DNA of 63,966 nucleotides, the filler included, from Folioceros fuciformis (taxonomy: Eukaryota), in NCBI GenBank assembly GCA_049999805.1. It is 19 parts of 19 records of this genome, joined end to end, with 100 filler letters (N's around TTAATTAATTAA, not from the genome) between each part and the next. Parts side by side here need not be neighbours in the genome. Positions count along the whole stretch, not along the records: positions 1 to 11,780 come from JBNGIO010004715.1; 18 more parts are not named here. One strand, written 5' to 3'. This document shows positions 1 to 10,320 of the stretch, piece after piece. Each line of letters opens with the position of its first letter. Position 1 is the stretch's first letter. The notes beneath the pieces are model-generated. The model was not told where the DNA came from, ran no database searches, and saw only the letters and a list, made by a program, of their open reading frames with translations. The position numbers were made by a program, and so were the translations under genes.

Positions 1-97
1 GCGGGTAGCATGTGAGACTGTGAATTCAGCTGAGCGTGAGAGCCCTGCTGTGAGTGTGTACTGGACCACGCCCGCACCTCTGGTTCTTTAAAACGCG

Positions 98-969
98 ATG
101 GAGCGTATAGATAGGTGCGCGGCGCTCCTTATAGCATTCCTTTATGCTTCGAGTCTTGTAGTCTGCAAGCTGCTGGGGCGTAAGATTTGCAAGCTCAACA
201 TGGCGTTCTCTCCAGATGGGTCTGGCTCCTCTCCTGCCAAGCGCTGGGTGTATCATCATGACCACTTGGGCAGGTTTGCAAGCACTCCTACTAGAACAGC
301 TGCCTCCACTCCGCGTCAGAGGCAAGCAGAGATGCCAGCTCCTGCTGCGAGAGGTGGAGGGCGGCCAAGAGGAAGACATCGCGGTTCCACCCGCGCTTTT
401 CTAGAGCAGAGGCGCCTGGGAACAATGTCCTCACATACAAATGTTGGTGCTTCTAGCATGGCATCCCCTTGCAGGCCTGCCACGCCTGTGCCAGCAAATG
501 CTAACGATGAGACAAAGATTGTAAGTCTTGGCTCCATCGCCATATCTTGCTCTCCTTTGTGGTACAAGTGTTAGTATACCCGACACAGGATGATTCGGGT
601 GAGGGTTACACGCTGCCGAGAATTCGATGGGCATGTCATCAGCTATTACCGTGAGTGCCAAAACCATTGTCTGTCAGCATCCCTATGAGATTGTTTCTGC
701 CACTTACCCTAATAGCTCCCACTTATTGTGCAGGTTCTGAAACTCGGCTTGAAGAAGAGCATAGTCTTGAGACTAAGGAGCGCATCTCATACACAGAGTG
801 CAAGAGGAGAGATTCCCTTAGGTCTGACGAGACGTTCACCACAGCCTCTGAGCATGATTCGGACTCTTCAGAGCCTGACACTCTTGGAAGTCGAGCAAGC
901 CTACCAGTAGATAGTGAGGAGGAAGACAGTGTGGATTGGGGATGTGACCAGGGCTGGTTAGGTAGCTAG
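98..969 (+). CDS. Putative spliced antisense gene in the Copia 3' region, unknown function
   Basis: ORF 98-574 and ORF 655-969 are joined in frame by intron 651-733 (GTGAGT...CCCTAAT...TGCAG). The TAG at 572-574 is either removed by intron 521-574 (GTAAGT...TAG) or is a nonsense mutation. The final stop overlaps the pol stop in CTAG 966-969. Confidence 0.5.
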
Positions 970-3900
970 TTTGAAGAACTGAGGAAGTCACTTGGCTTCC
1001 CCATGCCCAGACCCTTCATGTGTCTTTCATGTAGCTCCTTTCCCAGGGCTTTTGTCAATACGTCCGCTGGGTTTTCTATCGTTGGAACATACTCTAGCAT
1101 GATATGGCCATCTTTGATTAGGTCCCTTATGAAATGATATTCCACCTCGACGTGCATAGTACGTGAGTGGAACACGGGCTTAGCTGCTAGATTCATCGAA
1201 CCCTGACTGTCAGTCCTAATCATGGTGCAGGTTGGCAAAGGAAGGCCAAGTTCGCTAAAAAGCATTTTGCACCAGGCAATTTCCTTGGAGGCAACTGTAA
1301 GAACCCTGTACTCAGCTTCCGTGCTGGAGAGGGCAACTGTTGGTTGCTTTTTACTCGACCAGCAAACTGGTCCTCTAGCAAACATCACAACATAACCAGA
1401 GACAGATCTCCTACTGTCAATGTCGCCAGCATAATCTGAATCTGTATAGACGTCAATGTCAATGGCAACATCAGGTCTGTATCTGTAGACTATTCCATGC
1501 TGTGCTGTTCCTTTGAGATATCTGAAAACCCGTTTAAGACATGTCCAATGTTCTTGGCCAGGATTTTCAAGGTACTGTGATAGCACACTGGTGGAATAAG
1601 CCACTTCTGGACGTGTTGTGTTTGCTGCATATATGAGCTTTCCAACACCCTGTCGGTAAGGTACTGGGACCATCTTGTCCTTTTCTGTCAGCGTCTGTGG
1701 GCTCATAGATTTACTAAGCTTGAGTCCACTGGGCAAAGGAGTGGACGCAGGTTTCGCGTCCTTCAGTCCAAGTTGTTCAGCACTGTCAAGAAGATATCTA
1801 GGCTGTGTGAGAGTAAGAATTCTTCGCTTCCTATCTCTCTGCATGTGAATTCCTAGACAGCTTTGCAAAGCTCCGAGGTTTGACATCTCAAATTTCTTTG
1901 ACAGCAGGCCATTGATCTTTGTTATAAAGGGAGGACTGTTACAAGCCAGGATAAGATCATCCACGTACACAGCAAGGTAACAGATTGTATCACCAGATCT
2001 GTATACATAGAGGCTACTATCTGAGGTACACTTTACGAAGCCCAAAGCTCGCAGTTCCTCATCAAGGACAGCATTCCATTCCAAAGCAGACTGTTTCAGA
2101 CCATACAAAGTTTTGATTAGGCGTAGGACATGATCCTCCTTGCCCTTAACAACATATCCGGTTGGCTGTTGCATATAAATCTCTGTGTCTAACTTGCCGT
2201 GTAGAAAGGCTGTTTTAACATCAAACATATCAAGCTCATAGTCGTTGTGTGCTGCCACTGCACATAAGATTCTGAATGTGGCAAGCTTGACAACAGGAGC
2301 ATATGTTTCCAGGTAATCCAGTCCTGGTACTTGGGAGAAGCCACGTGCAACAAGCCTAGCTTTGTATCTGTCGAAGGTGCCATCTGCTTTAACCTTCAGC
2401 TTAAAGACCCATTTGCAAGAAACAACCTTGCGTCCAGGAGGTAATTTTGCTAATTCCCAAGTGCCGTTCTTAATGAGACTATCGTACTCAGACTGAATGG
2501 CTTTTTGCCATTCTGCAGCATCTGGCCTACTCAAGGCTTCTTCATAAGAGCGAGGTTCGATAGGTTCCAGATTGGTAGCATGAGCTTGTGCTGATCCTGA
2601 CCTAAAGTCGAGTGATTTATAGTAATCAGGTGCACGTCTGTCCCTTGTAGGATATCTCCGCTCAAGTGGTGGAGGTGGTTCATGCATTTCAGGCTGCTCA
2701 TCTGGTGGTTCGTCGTCATTGTCACTGTCCAGGATGACATCTGCAGCGTCATGTGCGTCGTCATCATCCTCTGGAGCAGGTAGAGGTTGCTGCTGCTGCT
2801 CCGCAAGATCGTCAGCAAAAACATCATCCTCTGCTGGTTCTGGTATCTGATCTTGTGGTTCTTCCCCCCCTGCAGGAGCAACCGCTACAGGAGTTGAGTC
2901 ATCAAACACGGTGACAGGGGGAAGGGTAGACATATCAGCGTCCTCATCATCGGGAAGGGAAGTAGCTCCCACTGTTTTCCAAACACGTCCTTCATCAAAA
3001 GTGACACTGCGGGCATAGATAACCTTCTGCTGAGGGACATCATACAATTTGTAAGCTTTGATTCCCTCAGTATAGCCTAACATAAGGAGTTTTCTGGCCT
3101 TTGCAGAGAGCTTCTTCCTCTTCTCCTTGGGTATAAAGGCGTAGGCGATGCAGCCAAAGGTACGAAGATGCTGGATAGAAGGCTTTCTCCCAAAGAATGC
3201 CTCAAAAGGTGTTTGCCCCATGACAGCAGTGGTGGGTAACCTGTTTCTCAAATAAACAGCTGTCATCAATGCTTCAGCCCAGTAGGGCAGAGGCAGAGAA
3301 GCCTGATGAAGGAGAGATGAAACCATCTCCTGGAGAGTCAAATTCAGGCGTTCGGCAACCCCGTTTTGTTGGGGTGTGTAGACAACAGTTAGCTGCCTTC
3401 CAATGCCCTCCTCTTGACAGAAGGCTTGAAACTCGTTGCTTGTGAATTCGCCTCCATTGTCAGAGCGGAGAGTCTTTAGCTGCTTACCTGTCCATCTTTC
3501 CACATACTTGAAGTAAGACTTGAACAGGGAGAAACAGTCACTTTTGGCCTTCAAAATATAAGCTGTGACGAATCTTGTTTTATCGTCTGTGAAGTTCAGA
3601 AAATACTTGCCACCCCCAAGAGAGGGCTGTGACAAGGGTCCACATATGTCAGTGTGTACAAGTTCTAACACGTCTGATGCTCTGTGTGGTGCCTTGTTTT
3701 TGAAGGCTACTTGGTGACGCTTGGAAAGGACACAAGCTTCACACAAGGGAAGGACAGGTAGAGTGCCAATCTTCCCATCATAGTACAGATCACTACTAGC
3801 TAATTTTTGTAACTTAGCACTGTGTGGGTGACCTAACCTGTTGTGCCACAACATGGCCTTGTTGGCTGGATGTGTAGGATCATCTGAGGTATGTGGTACT

Positions 3901-5333
3901 GTATGGGACTGCACAGGATGACTGTGCAAGTGAAGACGGAAGAGATCGTGATCTGATGAGCCATAAGCTAGAACCTTACGATGGTCAAAGGCATCAACGA
4001 CCTGGCACTCTGTGGAAGTAAACAGTACATGACTGTTGTTGTCCAGATTCAGTTGTCTAAAAGAAATGAGATTTCTCGTCATTTCAGGCACAAAGTAAAC
4101 GTTTGTGAGTGACAACTTAAGCACTGAAGGTACAGGGAGACTCACTGTCCCTTTGCCTGGAGACACGAGTGCTCTGTCATCACCTAGATAGACGAACTGG
4201 TCTTTGACAGGTTTGTATGTGACAAAAGAATTCTTGTCAAAACATATGTGCGCTGTGGCACCTGTGTCTAGATACCATTCATGGAATGGCCTAGAACCTG
4301 CCTTTACAGACAGACATGTGGGGAGGACTAAAGGTTGAGCAAACTTCCTTACCCCTACTGCCAAGGCTGAAGGTGAGGATTGCTTCTTTACAACCACGTG
4401 TGTCTCTGCAGTCGCATTACCCTCCTTGCGAGGTATGCCGGCCTGCTTCTTGTGACACTCATTCTCCCAATGGCCGGGAATTTTGCACCAGTTGCATTTC
4501 CCGGGCTTTTTGGGCTTCTTCTGTGAGGAGGCTCCTTGCGAGCTCCCAGCACCAGGTGTGGTTTGTTTCCCTTTAGAATAGGATTTGCTGCCTCTTCCTT
4601 TATTGTTGGTGTAGAGGGCTTGCTGCTTCCCACGTTTGCTGCCACCTCTTGTGGCTTCCTCCTGAAGCAGTGCTCCCACTAGCTCGGAGAATGTCACAGG
4701 GGGTAACTGAATCTTGGCAGCTGAGGCTAACTTTTGAGTTTGTGCCTGTGATGTGTTGTAGGAGGTCACAAAATTGGACCAAGAGTCAGGCAAGGACAGC
4801 ATCAGGTAGATTGCTAACATGTCCTCCTTCACGTTTTCTTGTGTGGCTGCTTCCAGTTTTGAAACCAAATGCCTGAAAGTCGCCACATGTTTTTCCACTG
4901 AGTCACCTTCTCGCATCTTGCAAAGCTGCAGGTTCCGGAGGGCAGCCATCTGGCTGGTTTGGTTTGCGCCTGAATACAATTCACGGAGCCGAGACCAGAT
5001 GTCAGATGCAGTTTTAGCACCGACGGTGTGCCTCAACATTTCGGTTGTCAGGCCACCCCTTATCAAGTACATGGCTGCGCTGTTCTTAGCTGTCCATGTT
5101 TTGATATCTGCTGTACTACCATCTGTTTCTAATTTCTCTTCTCCTTTGGTGAGCTCCCAGAGTCCTTTATTCTGGAGAGCCCCCTTCATACACATCACCC
5201 AGATGTCATAATTCTCCCCCCCGAACCTGTCCTTTTCCTTGAACATGTCTATGTTAATGTTGATGGACGCTGATGTGGGTTGTGCGACAGGTCCTTCTTG
5301 GTCATCAATATCAATTTCACCATCAATAGCCAT
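966..5333 (-). CDS. Intact Copia gag-pol polyprotein (1455 aa)
   Basis: Gag N-terminus (FGGENYDIW), CCHC knuckle CNWCKIPGHWENEC, protease WYLDTGA, GAG-pre-integrase WHNRLGH, integrase VHTDICGP/LRSDNGGEF/QQNGVAER, RT CKWVFK/YKARLVARG/YVDD, RNase H TDSDYAG/ADVLTK. No stops. Confidence 0.97.
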   Translation of the reverse strand: MAIDGEIDIDDQEGPVAQPTSASININIDMFKEKDRFGGENYDIWVMCMKGALQNKGLWELTKGEEKLETDGSTADIKTWTAKNSAAMYLIRGGLTTEMLRHTVGAKTASDIWSRLRELYSGANQTSQMAALRNLQLCKMREGDSVEKHVATFRHLVSKLEAATQENVKEDMLAIYLMLSLPDSWSNFVTSYNTSQAQTQKLASAAKIQLPPVTFSELVGALLQEEATRGGSKRGKQQALYTNNKGRGSKSYSKGKQTTPGAGSSQGASSQKKPKKPGKCNWCKIPGHWENECHKKQAGIPRKEGNATAETHVVVKKQSSPSALAVGVRKFAQPLVLPTCLSVKAGSRPFHEWYLDTGATAHICFDKNSFVTYKPVKDQFVYLGDDRALVSPGKGTVSLPVPSVLKLSLTNVYFVPEMTRNLISFRQLNLDNNSHVLFTSTECQVVDAFDHRKVLAYGSSDHDLFRLHLHSHPVQSHTVPHTSDDPTHPANKAMLWHNRLGHPHSAKLQKLASSDLYYDGKIGTLPVLPLCEACVLSKRHQVAFKNKAPHRASDVLELVHTDICGPLSQPSLGGGKYFLNFTDDKTRFVTAYILKAKSDCFSLFKSYFKYVERWTGKQLKTLRSDNGGEFTSNEFQAFCQEEGIGRQLTVVYTPQQNGVAERLNLTLQEMVSSLLHQASLPLPYWAEALMTAVYLRNRLPTTAVMGQTPFEAFFGRKPSIQHLRTFGCIAYAFIPKEKRKKLSAKARKLLMLGYTEGIKAYKLYDVPQQKVIYARSVTFDEGRVWKTVGATSLPDDEDADMSTLPPVTVFDDSTPVAVAPAGGEEPQDQIPEPAEDDVFADDLAEQQQQPLPAPEDDDDAHDAADVILDSDNDDEPPDEQPEMHEPPPPLERRYPTRDRRAPDYYKSLDFRSGSAQAHATNLEPIEPRSYEEALSRPDAAEWQKAIQSEYDSLIKNGTWELAKLPPGRKVVSCKWVFKLKVKADGTFDRYKARLVARGFSQVPGLDYLETYAPVVKLATFRILCAVAAHNDYELDMFDVKTAFLHGKLDTEIYMQQPTGYVVKGKEDHVLRLIKTLYGLKQSALEWNAVLDEELRALGFVKCTSDSSLYVYRSGDTICYLAVYVDDLILACNSPPFITKINGLLSKKFEMSNLGALQSCLGIHMQRDRKRRILTLTQPRYLLDSAEQLGLKDAKPASTPLPSGLKLSKSMSPQTLTEKDKMVPVPYRQGVGKLIYAANTTRPEVAYSTSVLSQYLENPGQEHWTCLKRVFRYLKGTAQHGIVYRYRPDVAIDIDVYTDSDYAGDIDSRRSVSGYVVMFARGPVCWSSKKQPTVALSSTEAEYRVLTVASKEIAWCKMLFSELGLPLPTCTMIRTDSQGSMNLAAKPVFHSRTMHVEVEYHFIRDLIKDGHIMLEYVPTIENPADVLTKALGKELHERHMKGLGMGKPSDFLSSSN

Positions 5334-5451
5334 GTTGACAAGTTTTAATGAACACTAATCTGTGAAGTTGTAACCTGTGCTGTGCAGGTTAATCACGATT
5401 AAATGTCTAAGGACAGATGCTTGACAGTGAAAAGAGAAAACAAAACTAGCA

Positions 5452-6185
5452 TCACAGCAAATCAACAGGGTTAGTAATTTCCTGTTGTGCTGATGCTTGT
5501 CTACGCTCTATCTTCATGTTTCTGATTTCCCACCTATTGAATGCATAGGTGGCACAAGGAGGACATGAGTTCGGTGCATCAAATCTGTGGTTTTTATTAG
5601 ATTTTCCTGTATGCCTGCATGCGACTCCACGAACAGATGGGTTAGCAAGCAAATGAGGTCTCATCAAAACCAGCAGTTTGAAGTCCAGGTGAGAGATCTG
5701 TTCCTTCAGCAATTTCTATCAATGTGATTTTGGTGGGCTTTAAGCCTGGTCAGTAAATCTCTGATCCCTGTGTTTGGTGCAGCGTGTGTAGTGAGGAATC
5801 CCCTTGGATTAGGGTTACCAATTTGAGCACGCTGCCGTTGCAAGTCTGGAAGTTGCTGTCTGGGTAGATCGGGAGCAAAATTCAGGTGTCTCTGGTCAGG
5901 GCTGAGAATGCCGTTAATTGTGTTGAAGGCCTCTCTTAGATCCCTGCAGAGTTCGGGCTGATCCCTGTTGCGCACCGCCCATTCGGAGATGCGCTCATGG
6001 ATTGGATCCAAAAAGGTTTGCCTAGTCTGATTATTGCGCCTGCGCTCCTCACGGGCATCAACTCGTTCAACAGGACGAGGTGCCCAGACGCGTCCTCCAT
6101 TTGCAGCCATATGTGGCTGATTGTTTAAAAATTTGTAAAATGCATTCTGTATGCATCCTGTAATTTCTTTAATTTCTATATGCAC
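5452..6185 (-). CDS. Extra sense ORF between PBS and gag, one frameshift near 5710; unknown function
   Basis: ORFs 5706-6185 and 5452-5712 overlap and join with a 1-nt shift (…HQNHIDR/LLKEQISHL…), giving about 220 aa from MAANGG. Cys/His cluster near the C-terminus. Confidence 0.5.
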
Positions 6186-6460
6186 AGATTTGCCAAATCT
6201 GGCAGTTGTTCTAGTGGACCTCTATCAAATTTGCTAGACAGCAATTCTGACTAGAGATTCACTAGAGCAGACTCCAGATCTAGCTGATCTGCCTAGAAAA
6301 TTTCAAGAAAATTTCTAAACATTTCTTTTCTTGATGTTCCTTCTTTTCTTAATTAAAAATATGATTTCTAATCAAGAACAAGTAAAAGGAACATTATAAT
6401 GCATAGAAATTTATGCTCTATTAAATGTGCATTCTTTTGAATGCAATTTGCATCAGAGAC

Positions 6461-6790
6461 GCTCTAATACCATGACATTTTATATGGGCTAATACAAATC
6501 AATTATATTGATAATTACATTGTAGATCAAGAACAAGAAACTTGCTTATATAATAAATCAAACCTAAATCTAACTTAACTTTAAACGAACGGGTGTGACT
6601 ATATGAATAGACGTGACCCTAATGAAGAGGTAAGTCTCTTGGGCTATTGTACACACTACTTAATATCTAGTTATATTTTGACCTAATCTCATGATGCTAT
6701 CATAACTAATCCATTACTTATAGTATTGACACCTAGCCCGCACAACGTGTTTCTTGAGTACCTATAAACCCTAGAGACACTATTCATGTA
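6461..6790 (-). repeat. PBS (tRNA-iMet type, variant TGGTATTAGAGC) and 5' LTR of the intact Copia
   Basis: gctctaatacca at 6461-6472 abuts tgaca (LTR end ...TGTCA on minus). The outer LTR boundary is approximate. Confidence 0.75.
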
Positions 6791-8315
6791 GCTGTTTGAT
6801 CCTGGGTATGAGCCTCAAAGTTATCAAGAGGCGCTCTCTGGCCTAATGCTATTCATTGGAAGGCTGCTATCAAGTTGGAATATGACTTCTTGGTTTCTAT
6901 TCATACCTGGGAGCTTTGTAGACCTCCTCAGGGGAGGAAGATTGTCACCTCTAAGAAGGTCTTCAAGCTTAAACATCGGGCTGATGGCTCCATTGCTTGG
7001 TATAAGGCTTGATTGGTTCAACCTTGGACTCGGGGTTTTTTCCCAAGTCCCCGGCCTGGACTATCATGACACCATTTCACCTGTCGTGAAAGGTCATTCA
7101 CTTCAGTTGTTGGTTGCCCTGTCGACGTTCTTTGCTCTCATCATCCACCAGATGGATGTGAAAACAACATTCCTTCATGGCAAGTTATAAGAAGGCATAC
7201 ATGCAGCAGCTTGAAGGACATGAAATTTCTGGCAAACAAGATTGGTATCAATGCATAGATGAATTACTTGACTTGGGCTTTATAAAGTCTTTAGCAGACT
7301 CTAATGTTTACAGGATGCAAGACAAGTCTGGTTTTCTCACTCTTGCTCTTTATGTTGATGATTGTATCCTCCTTGGCACTGATATGTCAAGTATACAAAA
7401 GGTTAAAACCCTTTTATCAGACAGGTTTGATATGGTAGACATTGGTGAGCTATCATATTGCTTGGGCACTCAATTGTTAAGTAACCCAGATACAGGCACT
7501 ACTATCATTCATCAAGAAAAATACATCCTTGATATGTTGTATAGGTATAAATTATTAGATACCAAACCTGCTGCAACCCCCATGGAGGCAGGTTGTAAAT
7601 TGTTGAAGGATCAATCTCCTCAGACCCCTGTTAATATAGAAGAGATGAAGTCCATACCATATTCACAAGCTATTGGTTCGTTGATTTTCTGTTCTAACCA
7701 CACAAGGCCTAATATTTCTCTTCCAATTAGTATGGCTTCATAGTTTTTGAAAGAGCCACGACAGGCTCACTGGTTTGCAGCAAAACAAATCCTCAGGTAT
7801 CTTAAGGGAACAAGCAAATATGGAATTCATTATTCAAGACAAGCTTTTGATGGTCAACCTCTTACCCTTGTGGGTTATTGTTATGCCGATTGGGCATTGA
7901 CCTTGAGACAAGAGGGTTTGTCTCTGCTTATGCTTTCATGCAACACGGTCTGCGCCTAACGGTCGTATTCCATGAAGCCCGTTTGGCGCACTTTTGAATG
8001 TACACCATCCTAGTCACATATCCACATTTAAGCTGTTTTTTTTAAAAACATATTGGTTGGAGATGTTGTGGACACCATACATAATAAAAAATGTCTAAAC
8101 CAACTCAATCCAACTGAGACATAAAGTACAAAACCGATTAAATTTTGCCTAAAAACCAAATCCTCTTTCAAGTGCTCCGGTTTACTGGCGCATTAAACAT
8201 TGTGGTTCACTAAAAAGAACCTGGCTATGTGCATGCTATGAATAAAAAACCTTTACCAGTCACTTTTAAATAAAGGCATATTGTACCACAAACTGCAAGT
8301 ATTTTCGAATCTTGT

Positions 8316-9531
8316 CTATATCAAGTCATGTACGTCTTGGATGGCCTTAGAATCAACAACTATCTCTACATCCTTCAAGCGGTGGCCCTCTGTGTCGCCG
8401 AAGTCGTCTCCTTCCACCTCAAGAACCAAGAAATGAGGATCGTCCACTGTCTGAGGTGGAAGCGTGCCATTCTCATCCCAAATGGTCATTGCATACAGAT
8501 CTTCCGCTGGTCTGTCATCTGAGTGAGTAATAACTTAACCTTTCTTCCCCAGCAAACTATACACCTGCATCCGCCGATCCACGCTACCGTCGGTGCAAAC
8601 TTCTTTAGCCCAAAATTTTGTGGGCCCATGAGAGAACGGGTCTGTGCTAATTTCTTCATCAACGTCTGGCAAAGAACCAAGGCCATTCACTCTCTGCATC
8701 ATGTATGTCGTGCATCGTATATCAATGTCCATCGCAATAACATGCCTCCCCCTCTGAATAGCAGCCGGAAGGAACGATCCGGATCCTGCGCAAGCATCCA
8801 CTACCCAATCTCCTTCAACCGAAAACATGTTCACCAGCATTCCCATTAACCCCAACAGCTTCTGATATGGGGAGACAACCATCGAATCGGCCGAGTGAAA
8901 AAGATGTTTTTTCACAACAGTTTCATGCCTTATCACTCTCGGCAGAAGAAATCCCTCATTCGAAAATAAGGCTGCTTTGGTGGTATGAGCTTCCGAGTGG
9001 ACTGCACTTCCAATTGTCAGGTACTCCATAGTCTCTACTGCCCCTGCATTCGGAGGAATGTTGGTCTTTTCCCAAACCAATGTCTGTATGGTGCCTTTCT
9101 TGCACCATGGCCTAAGTGCCTCTCTCACCTGTGAGATGAGGTCAACCCCATGCATGAGGACCGCTCGATAAACATTGCTACTTGTGCATTGTGAAAACCC
9201 CTTGATAATGTCTTCAAGGTCCTGGCTAGTCAACTGCCTGTCATAATCATGTCGTTGGAGACCACGAGGCAAATCAGCGAACAATAGGGTATAAGGTCTC
9301 CTTACCAGAAATCTGCTCATCTCCAGAACGCTTCTCTACATCACTTGATATTTCGTTTTTTGGTTGCTGTTGGGGACTCTGAACTCTGACAAACCAGCAT
9401 CCATATCGGCGTCCGCTAGTTTTTGCTTCTCCTCTTCTAACCATTTCCAGTTCCTTGCTGGGTACACGTAATTCTGGAACGGCTTGGGCAACGATTCCAG
9501 GTCGTTTATATCTGCAGGTTTCTGCCAACAA
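8316..9531 (-). pseudogene. Beta-class amino (N4-C/N6-A) DNA methyltransferase, N6_N4_Mtase-like, disrupted
   Basis: Motif IV position LLFADLPRG (DPPY-like), then VWEKxN, motif X PYQK..L...LVNMFS.EGD, motif I VVDACAGSGS and GRHVIAMDID, in beta order. In-frame TAA at 8535-8537 is followed by a 72-aa acidic tail ending at 8316. Frameshift near 9325 joins ORF 9274-9531. Confidence 0.82.
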
Positions 9532-9571
9532 ATATCTTCGTCAGCAAACTATGTTACTTTCATTAGTCGAA

Positions 9572-9831
9572 GTGGTTGGAGTGCGCTGGTCGACCGGTGC
9601 ACTCCAACCACCTAACCACAGAAGTTGGACAATTCGGAGGTTGGCTTGGCTAGTAGCTGGAGTGTGTCGGTAGACCGGTGCACTCCCCCTATTTCGCATC
9701 CTTCAGTTTTTCTTGTGACTGCGCATTGTTGGGTGTGCGTCGGTATACCGTCGCACTACTTCCACTCCTTCTCATGAAATGTAGGACTGACTGCTTTGTG
9801 GCAGGTGTGCGCCGGTCTACCGGCGCACACC
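9572..9831. repeat. Cluster of CG-rich palindromes GTGCGCCGGT-NN-ACCGGCGCAC
   Basis: Copies at about 9572-9611 (about 40 bp near-perfect), 9659-9686, 9732-9759 and 9804-9831; further copies at about 8171, 10357-10412 and 40716. Confidence 0.85.
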
Positions 9832-9889
9832 CACCAGTTCACACACTTTTTCCTTATTCTCGTGTGTAGGTCTTTGCTGTTTTTTGTAG

Positions 9890-10320
9890 AGGGCTTTGAA
9901 TATGACTTGAAGCTCCATTGAAATAAGCTGAAGGCAGAGCGCGAGAAGAGTATCAAACATTGGGTCAAATATTATGGTGACCCCGGAAAGTACATTGGAA
10001 TATCAGTGGATGGTATGGATCAACAGAAGACTCAGTTGCCCCATTTCGTACGATCACCCAAAGATTTGGCTGATGTTGGCCTCATTGATGTCCATGTAGT
10101 AGGGTGTATGGTATACAACAAGACTTTGACATCAAAGCTCTTCATCGAGTTCGGCAACATTCGAAACGATGGGAACTTAATAATATCAATTATTCAGCGC
10201 GTGATTCACAAGTACGAAGGCTTGCTTCCTGGAGTGCTATATTTGCAGCTAGACAACACAGCACGGGAGAGCAAAAACGTGTTGCTGTTTTCTTATTTGA
10301 ATATGTTAGTGGAAAAGCGG
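9890..10320 (+). pseudogene. Sola-like (DUF7869-type) DDD transposase fragment
   Basis: H*NKLKAERE...DPGKYIGISVDGMDQQKTQLPHF...LYLQLDNTARESKN...LVEK. The DGMDQ and LQLDN motifs carry the first two catalytic Asp. Truncated at both ends. Confidence 0.7.

Larger units (their letters stand above)
1..6790 (-). mobile_element. Ty1/Copia LTR retrotransposon, near full length (3' LTR lies beyond window start), nested in an older Copia
   Basis: On the minus strand: LTR about 6473-6790, PBS TGGTATTAGAGC (6461-6472), leader ORF, intact gag-pol 5333-966, extra 3' region. A plus-strand Copia RT remnant lies directly beyond 6790. Confidence 0.9.

Noticed and set aside
723-965. Open frame of about 80 codons directly after the pol TAG (possible readthrough or env-like ORF)
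   Set aside because: It is the codon-aligned mirror of the antisense exon, Ser-rich with no TM segment, and lacks a CARYYA readthrough context.
8316-9531. Bacterial contamination as the source of the MTase
   Set aside because: The gene lies within TIRs nested in a plant Copia on one contig, has a second diverged copy, and shows CG-decay typical of methylated plant repeats.
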